Shown piece by piece: positions 31,058 to 38,003 of a stretch of DNA of 64,000 nt (position 1 is its first letter; every line of letters begins with the position of its first letter). The notes beneath the pieces are model-generated. The model was given only the letters and a program-made list of their open reading frames with translations, had not been told where the DNA came from and made no database searches. Position numbers and translations under genes: made by a program. The stretch lies in the IMG/VR virus record IMGVR_UViG_3300037245_003639; one strand, 5' to 3'. The stretch is from a virus.

Positions 31058-31793
31058 TCGACAGCATTTACTACATCACGCAATAGACCAAGCTTGTAAA
31101 CAGAAAGAACCCGTCGATATAGTCATTTGGAATAACGGCCCCCGCCCGCGTATTGATGTTCCTCTGTTTAATGAGATACAAGTATTTCACGGAATCAACT
31201 CAGTCGGTCTACACCAGAGGTTTGTACCCGCTTTGTTGTATCCACATGAATACGTGATGTTTTTGGACGATGATCTGGTTATTGGTTCTCGATTCCTGGC
31301 GAATGCTCTGTCTATCATTGATGCTCACGAGAGTGCAATGGTCGTATCCATGGGATCAGTAATAGAAAATCCACTTAGTCAATATAACATTCGCACGAGA
31401 AAACCAATAGTCGGAAACACTATAAGAAACTCTACTCCTTGGCATTTAGATTTAGGGTCCATGGGGATATGCGTATGCCGTAGAAAATATATTCACTCAG
31501 TTTTCATGAACGGTTTTATACCTCCTCATCCAGCCGAGGAAATAGCCTTTTCAATGATGCACAAAATATACAACAAAGGAGAGATTATCTTAGCCCCTCA
31601 CTCAAAAGAGGACGAGATGGGCATAATCTCTTTTAAACAAGAACACTACAGTGGTCTAACATCCTCCCCTTCTTTTTCTAAAGAAAGAGGTAACATAATT
31701 CAGTCACTAGGGAATAAGCTCAAGTGGGAACCCACAGCGCAAAACTATCCAGAATGGAAATTTGGCGAAGCTTTCGAATATGCGAATAGATAG
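31015..31793 (+). CDS. glycosyltransferase family 2
   Basis: LCIIMTYNRQHLLHHAIDQ N-terminus typical of GT2. Confidence 0.6.
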
Positions 31794-32604
31794 AAAAAAC
31801 ATACTACTCATCATGAGAGTTAGAAACGAAGAGGATCAGCTCGAATGGTTCCTGGACCACCATAAATATTTCTATGATGTATTTGTAGCTATCGTAGACA
31901 GATGCACGGACAAATCCTATAAGATGCTCAGAGGCCATCCTCAATGCGCTGCAATCTTAGAAAAAGTCCAAGATTGCGGTTATTCTCACGCAAAAGATCA
32001 TAATGTTCTGCACAGTATCTGCCAGTATTACTCACACGAATGGATATGGAAATTAGATGCTGACGAACGAATATGTCAGTCTTTTCTGGATGAAATGGAA
32101 GACCTCCCAGACGGCATTGTCAAGATAGCAATGCGGTTTTTGTCGATATATCACAGCACCTCTGATCTCACCGCACCAGAATTTTATCAACATTTCATTG
32201 TCGGAGGACATGAATATGCGTCCATTCATGCTATTCCCCGGCTATTTAGAAAAATAGAGCGAGATGGGGTTCTCAATTGGAACGACGCTCCAACGTATAT
32301 CGCTAACGCGTTATGCTATCATTATCATATGCTAGACGGACGCAGGCGCATCCAGCGGTACAGGACGTATATAGAACATAACCCAGAAAGATTCACTCCC
32401 ACTAACATAGAGAGAGGCTATCGACATATCGTCGAGGTAGCAGGGGCCAAGCATTTGTCCCTCAAAAAAGAGGATGGAGAATTATGTCAAACCAGGGGGG
32501 AACTATATCAACATCTTAGGTCACTGGATTTGCCAGAAGAGCTTCGAGCAGATGTTGACAAAATGTGCAAGCTCCTCTTACAAGAGTGGGCAGAATTTAC
32601 ATGA
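31762..32604 (+). CDS. putative GT-A fold glycosyltransferase
   Basis: LIMRVRNEEDQLEWFLDHH N-terminal pattern; weak. Confidence 0.4.
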   Translation: MAKLSNMRIDRKNILLIMRVRNEEDQLEWFLDHHKYFYDVFVAIVDRCTDKSYKMLRGHPQCAAILEKVQDCGYSHAKDHNVLHSICQYYSHEWIWKLDADERICQSFLDEMEDLPDGIVKIAMRFLSIYHSTSDLTAPEFYQHFIVGGHEYASIHAIPRLFRKIERDGVLNWNDAPTYIANALCYHYHMLDGRRRIQRYRTYIEHNPERFTPTNIERGYRHIVEVAGAKHLSLKKEDGELCQTRGELYQHLRSLDLPEELRADVDKMCKLLLQEWAEFT

Positions 32605-33146
32605 TTCAACTTTATCTAACAGTGGATGATGGACCGAACAAACAAACCGCCGCAATAGCTGATTATCTATCTCAAAGGGGAATCAGAGCAGTTTTCTACC
32701 TTACTGGAGGAGCAATTGAGTGTTTTTCAAATGTCGCCAGAAAGGTTTCGGATTATGGTCATGAAATCGGAAATCATGGATATACCCATCAGTGTCTTTA
32801 TTCCAAATCCATTAAGGAAATAGAACAGGAACTGACAGATACACAAAATATTATCCAGTCTACTGCGGGCCAACTGCCAACAAAGTTTCGGCCTCCATAC
32901 CTTCGTTGGAACGAAGAACATAATCATCTTCTGCAAAAACTAGGCTTGCAGATCGAAGAGCTTTGCATGGGCATTGGCGATGCAACAAAGGAATATAGAA
33001 TCGACTATGAATTGGCTGAACGGAACCTATTTAAAAAAATAGAAGAAACAAAAGTGGTTTTGATTCATTCACGACAGCACACTTTAGAGGGATTACAGGA
33101 TCTACTGAGTTGGTTCGAATCAAAGGGTTATATCTTTGTCGATTAA
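32601..33146 (+). CDS. polysaccharide deacetylase (NodB domain)
   Basis: TVDDGP and GHEIGNHGYTH motifs; ATGA overlap with upstream stop. Confidence 0.75.
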   Translation: MIQLYLTVDDGPNKQTAAIADYLSQRGIRAVFYLTGGAIECFSNVARKVSDYGHEIGNHGYTHQCLYSKSIKEIEQELTDTQNIIQSTAGQLPTKFRPPYLRWNEEHNHLLQKLGLQIEELCMGIGDATKEYRIDYELAERNLFKKIEETKVVLIHSRQHTLEGLQDLLSWFESKGYIFVD

Positions 33147-33846
33147 AAAACACATCTTTTTGCCGGGAAATGCGAGATCAGGAACGACATGGGTAACAAA
33201 ATGGCTGGAGACCCATCCTAATATCGCATGCCGCCATAACTTTTATCTGCTTGATCACGCACTAGGTCTATTTGAACCGGTTGGGCCACGCATTCAACAC
33301 TGTATACAACCCCATGATGTGCGAGTGTTACTGGACTCCGTATTTGACCGATATTCTGAGGGAAAAGAGATTATGCTCGAAAGTTCATCAGGAGACATCT
33401 CTTATGGCGAACGGAGCCCGGCCCATCCCTACGGGCGACATATATCCTATTTCATCCACTCAGTTTACGAAGATGCTTACATTCTTATCATCTACAAAGA
33501 TGGAAAAAGCTGGGTTCACTCTCTCATGAACATTCCCTGGAAGACTGGCCATACAGTAGAACGATCAGTAGATTATTGGATCTCCAAAATGAGCATCATC
33601 CTGGAGCATACTCCTAAAAACACCTTACATATCAAATACGAAGATTTGTTATACAACGATGCCTATCAAGATATACTGGATTTCCTGAATATAGAACACT
33701 TACCACTGGTTGCCTGGGAGGAACCGCATGTTACCGTGTACTCAGAATATGACCCCGACAGATGGAAAAGCATGTCAAAAGAACAAATAAGTATGATGAA
33801 ACGTATGAATCCATGGTTAAAAAGAGCTGGCTATGAAACCATTTGA
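33136..33846 (+). CDS. sulfotransferase-family protein
   Basis: 5'-PSB-like LPGNARSGTTW; TTG start per ORF track. Confidence 0.55.
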   Translation: MSIKKHIFLPGNARSGTTWVTKWLETHPNIACRHNFYLLDHALGLFEPVGPRIQHCIQPHDVRVLLDSVFDRYSEGKEIMLESSSGDISYGERSPAHPYGRHISYFIHSVYEDAYILIIYKDGKSWVHSLMNIPWKTGHTVERSVDYWISKMSIILEHTPKNTLHIKYEDLLYNDAYQDILDFLNIEHLPLVAWEEPHVTVYSEYDPDRWKSMSKEQISMMKRMNPWLKRAGYETI

Positions 33847-33894
33847 CAATCATGTGTTATTCTGATAGGATTATCGCAGCATAAGGAGATGCTC

Positions 33895-34050
33895 ATGCTG
33901 TACCGGTTATTTCACAGGGATAATACGGAAGTCGTCCTTTGCAAGCAGCATTTGGATGAGGTAATTGCCGCTGAAGAAGAAACCATCGGGAAAGTGAACA
34001 CAGAACCAGACGGAGCGCCCTGCTGTATGTGCGAGGACCAGAAATCCTGA
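33895..34050 (+). CDS. small hypothetical protein (51 aa, Cys-rich C-terminus)
   Basis: AAGGAG SD 6 nt upstream of ATG; below ORF-track cutoff. Confidence 0.3.
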   Translation: MLYRLFHRDNTEVVLCKQHLDEVIAAEEETIGKVNTEPDGAPCCMCEDQKS

Positions 34051-34085
34051 CACGAAAAAACTTTCAGAAATAAGCAGGATTTCCC

Positions 34086-34113
34086 TTGCATCTTCCGAAA
34101 GCTAACGTATAAT
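34086..34113 (+). promoter_or_regulatory. sigma70-like promoter (TTGCAT-16-TATAAT)
   Basis: read directly. Confidence 0.55.
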
Positions 34114-34119
34114 ACCTGC

Positions 34120-34283
34120 GTGGTCGAATGATCGACCACCGAAACGGGACGGTAAGAATGAGATGTTTAGCGGATTCATTGTGGCTCTGTGATTATCTCC
34201 TAACGGGAGAGGCCCCCTAGTCCGCGAACGCATAAGCGATAAAGCGAGACTCGGTGGCCTAAACCAGGCGACCGAGTTTTTTG
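34120..34283 (+). ncRNA. candidate structured small RNA / leader (promoter to intrinsic terminator)
   Basis: hairpin GGTCGAATGATCGACC near 5' end; terminator stem GAGACTCGGTGGCC/GGCGACCGAGT + TTTTTT at 34246-34283. Confidence 0.4.
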
Positions 34284-34300
34284 TTTAACTGGACGAAACC

Positions 34301-34801
34301 ATGAGCAATATGACGGGAAGATTTCTCTCTCAATGGGAGATGGCAGAAGCAAAACGGCATGAAGCCCGAGCAAATTCGATACAGAAGCGAGAAGGAACGA
34401 ACTTCCCGCTCAGCGGAATTATCGCTTGGGGATGTGGCTGTTGCATCGGCCCAAGCATACGGTATGACCAGCCGATTCTGTCGGCATCCGAGGCTGATGG
34501 AGTCTTGAAGCAGCGGAAGCATGAAGTGTTTGGGCATCGAATAGGATGGCTCGACTCAGCGAGAATGCCGTCCCGAGTCCATCGCACTATCGACTGCGGA
34601 GAAACGACCGTTTGCGGGCATGTTCCCGCTGATAACGATTGGATTCTGGCAGAAGTGCCTCGAAAGAATCATGGATACAGCCGGTATTGTCGGACCTGTT
34701 TTCAACAAGGCGGTAAAGCATTGCCTTGGCTGAGAAAAGCGGATGTGGCAGAGCGGATGTGGCGGGAGCAGATATGGCGGAACGGCAGACGCGATAGCTG
34801 A
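34301..34801 (+). CDS. hypothetical Cys/Trp/Arg-rich protein in GC-rich segment
   Basis: 166-aa ORF; internal GCGGATGTGGC tandem repeat; coding status uncertain. Confidence 0.35.
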   Translation: MSNMTGRFLSQWEMAEAKRHEARANSIQKREGTNFPLSGIIAWGCGCCIGPSIRYDQPILSASEADGVLKQRKHEVFGHRIGWLDSARMPSRVHRTIDCGETTVCGHVPADNDWILAEVPRKNHGYSRYCRTCFQQGGKALPWLRKADVAERMWREQIWRNGRRDS

Positions 34802-34808
34802 ATAAAAA

Positions 34809-34883
34809 GGCTGGATAGCCCAATTTGGCAGAGGCATACGGTTCAGAGCCGTAAAGTTATGGGTTCGACTCCCATTCCAGCCA
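34809..34883 (+). tRNA. tRNA, class I (5-nt variable loop), anticodon CAG (decodes Leu CUG)
   Basis: acceptor GGCTGGA/TCCAGCC, anticodon arm TACGG-TTCAGAG-CCGTA, T-arm ATGGG-TTCGACT-CCCAT, A73. Confidence 0.55.
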
Positions 34884-34945
34884 TTGCTAGGCTGCTCAGG
34901 GTGGAGCAGCGAGAGACTTGTTTCAAACTCTCCACCCACAGCTTT

Positions 34946-35018
34946 GCCAAGGTGGCCCAACGGCAGAGGCGTCCGTCTCAAAAGCGGAATGTTGTGGGTT
35001 CGACTCCCACTCTTGGCA
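34946..35018 (+). tRNA. tRNA, class I, anticodon CAA (decodes Leu UUG)
   Basis: acceptor GCCAAGG/TCTTGGC, anticodon arm TCCGT-CTCAAAA-GCGGA, T-arm GTGGG-TTCGACT-CCCAC, A73. Confidence 0.55.
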
Positions 35019-35030
35019 TTGAAAATTAAA

Positions 35031-35104
35031 GCCCAGGTAGCCCAATTGGCAGCGGCTCGTGGTTTAGGTCCACGGAGTTGGGGGTTCGAATCCCTCCCTG
35101 GGTA
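35031..35104 (+). tRNA. tRNA, class I, anticodon UAG (decodes Leu CUA)
   Basis: acceptor GCCCAGG/CCTGGGT, anticodon arm CGTGG-TTTAGGT-CCACG, T-loop TTCGAAT, A73. Confidence 0.55.
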
Positions 35105-35233
35105 TTTAGTCATATTGGACAGGAGCGCAACTACTGTCCATGATTGAGCATAAGTGGCATTGCGTAGGTGCTTATGCAAATGACTAGACCGAGGGTGCAT
35201 TGCACTAATCACTCTAGAGGCTCCTCGGCCGAA

Positions 35234-35307
35234 GCGGCGGTAGCCCAATGGCAGCAGGCACAGCACTTAAAATGCTGACAGTGCGGGTTCGAATCCCGCC
35301 CGCCGTA
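35234..35307 (+). tRNA. tRNA, class I, anticodon UAA (decodes Leu UUA)
   Basis: acceptor GCGGCGG/CCGCCGT, anticodon arm CAGCA-CTTAAAA-TGCTG, T-arm GCGGG-TTCGAAT-CCCGC, A73. Confidence 0.55.
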
Positions 35308-35593
35308 TTGGAGAAAATCATGACTCACTAGAACCGGAAAAACCGAAGATCAGTTTTCATGCAGATTGCGTGTTCCATTGTGGTAAAGATGATATACACC
35401 ATTACTGGCAGGAACCCGGAGCACCATTGGGTGAAAAACAAACTTGGCGAGTAGTCTGTGAGCATGGAACAGTTAGAGGCGCCTTTGAAAACGAACTCGT
35501 GGCAGAAATATTTGCCGCATCGATGAATTGGGCATATACCCACGGAGTTTGGAATCGCCCCTAACAACACTGTTCTCTGATAAATGAATAAAC

Positions 35594-35676
35594 GTGGACG
35601 TGGTGAAATGGCAGACACGCCAGCTTGAGGGGCTGGTCCGGGCAACCGGGTGGAGGTTCGACTCCTCTCGTCCGCA
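35594..35676 (+). tRNA. tRNA-Leu (GAG), canonical class II with long variable arm
   Basis: anticodon arm CCAGC-TTGAGGG-GCTGG, variable arm CCGG-GCAA-CCGG, T-arm GGAGG-TTCGACT-CCTCT, A73. Confidence 0.7.
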
Positions 35677-35687
35677 TTGTGACCCCT

Positions 35688-35706
35688 CCTGAGATAGTAT
35701 CTCAGG
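35688..35706 (+). other. perfect 9-bp hairpin (CCTGAGATA-G-TATCTCAGG) after tRNA-Leu; likely processing or termination signal
   Basis: seen directly. Confidence 0.4.
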
Positions 35707-35753
35707 ATCGACGCTTGACAGCGTTTCGGGTGTGTGGTAACATACACCCACTT

Positions 35754-35835
35754 GGGTGAGTTGAGCAATTGGCTGCTCAGCGGGCTGTAAACCCGCCGTC
35801 GTGAGGCATTGTGGGTTCGAATCCCTCCTCACCCA
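35754..35835 (+). tRNA. tRNA-Tyr (GUA), class II
   Basis: acceptor GGGTGAG/CTCACCC, anticodon arm GCGGG-CTGTAAA-CCCGC, long variable region, T-loop TTCGAAT; preceded by hairpin GGGTGTGT-GGTAAC-ATACACCC. Confidence 0.65.
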
Positions 35836-35879
35836 TTCCAGGTATAATCCACATGGAGTAAACCATGCTGGAGTAACCA

Positions 35880-36644
35880 ATGGCTAAGTTTCCAGATTTC
35901 GTTGTAGTCGGACAAACGAAAACCTGTACCACTTCCTTATGGTACAACCTCGATAATCATCCCGACATCACTATGTGTTCTCAGGAGAATGATTCTGAAA
36001 TCCTTACGGGAACAGAGATTACGTTTTGGGGAAGCCGTAATTTTGGCAAAGGGATCGAATGGTATAAGTCATTGTTTCAAGGAAAGGTCGCAGGAGAGAA
36101 AAGCCCAGGTTATATAAACAGGGCACAATGTTTCAAACAAATGTCTCGACATATGCCTGACGTAAAGTTGGTTCTTTGCATCCGCAATCCTGTGGATAGA
36201 GCATATTCTCAGTTTCAGATGAGACAACGCAGGAACCCTGTTACAAAAGCTCCTAGCTATCAAGAATTAGAACAGTCGTCAGAGAAAGGTCGATACTATA
36301 CGCTAATCACAAATAACGTCTTGCCTTACTTCCCTAGGGGGCAGTTGCACCTATGCGTTGCCGAGTGGATGCGTCATGACCCGAATGCTGAAATACAGAA
36401 GGTTTACGATTTTTTGGGCATCGGACACCATTCTCTTCCAAATGTAAGATTGGAATCTTCAATCGCTCATGGCAAAGGGAAACCCAAGGTAGAAGTAAAA
36501 CGGTCTGACGATTATAAAGAGTGGCATAATGAATATCCAAAGCTTCCGGCCCGCATGAGAGCGAAGTTACTGAAACTCTTTGAGAAGGACAATAACAGAT
36601 TGTTCAGTTTTCTAGGTTATGAGATTCCAGAATGGAGCAAATAA
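35880..36644 (+). CDS. sulfotransferase (PAPS-dependent, Sulfotransfer_1/3-like)
   Basis: 5'-PSB-like VVVGQTKTCTTSLW and 3'-PB-like CIRNPVDRAYSQF; TATAAT and GGAG upstream. Confidence 0.7.
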   Translation: MAKFPDFVVVGQTKTCTTSLWYNLDNHPDITMCSQENDSEILTGTEITFWGSRNFGKGIEWYKSLFQGKVAGEKSPGYINRAQCFKQMSRHMPDVKLVLCIRNPVDRAYSQFQMRQRRNPVTKAPSYQELEQSSEKGRYYTLITNNVLPYFPRGQLHLCVAEWMRHDPNAEIQKVYDFLGIGHHSLPNVRLESSIAHGKGKPKVEVKRSDDYKEWHNEYPKLPARMRAKLLKLFEKDNNRLFSFLGYEIPEWSK

Positions 36645-36699
36645 AGTGCGTAAAAGCAAGTTTCGGGTGTGTGGTAACATACACCCATCTGGGTGAGTT

Positions 36700-36780
36700 G
36701 GGCAGGTGGTGTGCCCAGTAGGCTGTAAACCTACCGTTTCGGCATTGGTGGTTCGATTCCACTCTCACCCATTCCTAGTG
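36700..36780 (+). tRNA. tRNA-Tyr (GUA), second diverged copy
   Basis: acceptor GGGTGAG/CTCACCC, anticodon arm GTAGG-CTGTAAA-CCTAC, T-arm GGTGG-TTCGATT-CCACT; same upstream hairpin motif. Confidence 0.65.
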
Positions 36781-36850
36781 TGATTTAACGTAAGTGGATC
36801 ACCTTGGGTGTCCAGCGAATAGTCGCTAAGACATTTATTAGGAAAACAGA

Positions 36851-37111
36851 ATGAAAGAAATTTCTGAAGAACAAGTTGAGTTTGTAAAATGCTCAGGCCG
36901 AAGTGGTTTCTCAATCAGGAGAGCCCTGATTGAAGTGGAAAAATCGGTTGTGGAATGGTGGAAAATGTACTATCATTCAGGTAATGGGCCTGGTGTCTCT
37001 GGGAGTTGTGACTTCGTTGCTCATGCCCCAACAAGAGAACTGGCTCTTGAGCAAGCTCGCAAAATAAAGAATGGGCCATACACCCATTTGTTTCTCAAAC
37101 TGGAGAGCTGA
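36851..37111 (+). CDS. hypothetical protein
   Basis: 86-aa ORF. Confidence 0.4.
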   Translation: MKEISEEQVEFVKCSGRSGFSIRRALIEVEKSVVEWWKMYYHSGNGPGVSGSCDFVAHAPTRELALEQARKIKNGPYTHLFLKLES

Positions 37112-37116
37112 AACCA

Positions 37117-37429
37117 TGCGTAAAAGCAAGAACATTAAACAACTGAAGGTGAAAGCTGCCAATGAGTATCGCAAGGGCAACAGGAAGGAGGCTTACAAAT
37201 TGTGGGAAAAAGCCCGAATTGAACGACTTATTCAACAAGAGAAGATGTAATGAGGTGGACTGGTACCAAACAATCGAGAATCCGTTGGCGACGAGCAGTT
37301 AGAAATCATCGAACAGAGCTTCAAGATAAACGTGATTCCTTTCATCGCTCAAAGGCAAAATCAGGGCATCGATATGTCGAGGAACTTATCTGGCCGTTAG
37401 CCTTACGGCCTAAAAAAAGACTTCGTTAG
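37117..37429 (+). other. two very basic small ORFs (44 aa and 59 aa)
   Basis: MRKSKNIKQLKVKAANEYRKGNRKEAYKLWEKARIERLIQQEKM (37117..37251) and MRWTGTKQSRIRWRRAVRNHRTELQDKRDSFHRSKAKSGHRYVEELIWPLALRPKKRLR (37250..37429); below ORF-track cutoff. Confidence 0.2.
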
Positions 37430-37496
37430 GTCATCCAGCGGCTCTGGACCTGGGTCTCCAAAACCCGGAGGATCGGCTCGACCCCGATATGGCCTG
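37428..37496 (+). tRNA. tRNA-like element, anticodon-loop CCA (Trp-like) with compact non-canonical D-arm
   Basis: acceptor AGGTCAT/ATGGCCT, anticodon arm TGGGT-CTCCAAA-ACCCG, T-arm ATCGG-CTCGACC-CCGAT; only 69 nt, D region 16 nt. Confidence 0.3.
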
Positions 37497-37535
37497 TTGA
37501 GAGGATGCGGCCTAGCAGTAATTGCTTACATACTC

Positions 37536-37620
37536 TTTATGTGGGTTCGAGTCCCATCATTGCAGAGATTCTGCGATGTAGCCTAACTGGCAAAGGCAAC
37601 TGTCTGCAAAACAGTGAAGT
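37536..37620 (+). tRNA. split/circularly permuted tRNA-like locus: 3' half (T-arm + acceptor 3' strand + G73) followed 6 nt later by 5' half (acceptor 5' strand, D-arm, anticodon arm with GCA)
   Basis: 3' half TTATGTGGGTTCGAGTCCCATCATTGCAG almost identical to 3' half of tRNA at 34809; 5' half TGCGATG-TA-GCCTAACTGGCAAAGGC-A-ACTGT-CTGCAAA-ACAGT; acceptor halves complementary (7/7 with G-U). Confidence 0.4.
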
Positions 37621-37660
37621 GAGAAAACAGCAATGCAAACTTTCGCATCCTTCTCTTTTT

Positions 37661-37731
37661 GAGCGCGTACCCAAGTGGCTAGGGAGCGGATTGCAAACCC
37701 GCCTACGTCGGTTCGACTCCGACCGTGCTCT
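37661..37731 (+). tRNA. tRNA-Cys (GCA)
   Basis: acceptor GAGCGCG/CGTGCTC, anticodon loop TTGCAAA, T-arm GTCGG-TTCGACT-CCGAC, U73 discriminator typical of Cys. Confidence 0.65.
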
Positions 37732-37735
37732 TGTT

Positions 37736-37809
37736 GGGGCCGTGGTGCAATTGGTTAGCACATCTGCCTGTCACGCAGAAGGTTGCCGGTTCGAGTCCGG
37801 TCGGTCTCG
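37736..37809 (+). tRNA. tRNA-Asp (GUC)
   Basis: acceptor GGGGCCG/CGGTCTC, anticodon arm TCTGC-CTGTCAC-GCAGA, T-arm GCCGG-TTCGAGT-CCGGT, G73. Confidence 0.7.
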
Positions 37810-37812
37810 TTT

Positions 37813-37887
37813 GGGCTATTGGAAGAGTCTGGAGTCTTCGCCTGCTTGTCACGCAGGAGATCACGAGTTCAAATCTCGTATAGCCCG
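37813..37887 (+). tRNA. tRNA-Asp (GUC), second diverged copy
   Basis: acceptor GGGCTAT/ATAGCCC, D-stem GAAG/CTTC, anticodon arm CCTGC-TTGTCAC-GCAGG, T-arm ACGAG-TTCAAAT-CTCGT, G73. Confidence 0.65.
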
Positions 37888-37890
37888 TTT

Positions 37891-37984
37891 GCCACAGTAG
37901 TTTAAGGACTAAGGCAAAACGTCGAGCCCGTCTTCTTAATAGAGCGGGTGCTCGATCATGCGAGTTCGAGTCTCGTCTGTGGCT
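37891..37984 (+). tRNA. 94-nt tRNA-like element with canonical acceptor and T-arm but atypical body (long bulged hairpin with 14-nt loop); identity unassigned
   Basis: acceptor GCCACAG/CTGTGGC, T-arm GCGAG-TTCGAGT-CTCGT; internal hairpin TCGAGCCCG-(TCTTCTTAATAGAG)-CGGGTGCTCGA. Confidence 0.35.
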
Positions 37985-38003
37985 AATTTCAGTATAATGA
38001 GAC

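Noticed and set aside
34884-34945. Possible extra tRNA between the first two class-I tRNAs
   Set aside because: Only forms hairpins (GCTGCTC...GAGCAGC, GGTGGAG...CTCCACC) with no cloverleaf; treated as structured spacer
34556-35266. 236-aa minus-strand ORF (and shorter ORFs 34587..34823, 35328..35768, 35473..35880) across the tRNA array
   Set aside because: They lie antisense over well-formed tRNA genes and their translations are low-complexity; almost certainly non-coding
37393-37420. Hairpin GGCCGT-TAGCCTT-ACGGCC followed by A-run
   Set aside because: Looks like a terminator, but the run is A on the plus strand and the T-run precedes the stem on the minus strand, so it is not a canonical intrinsic terminator for either direction
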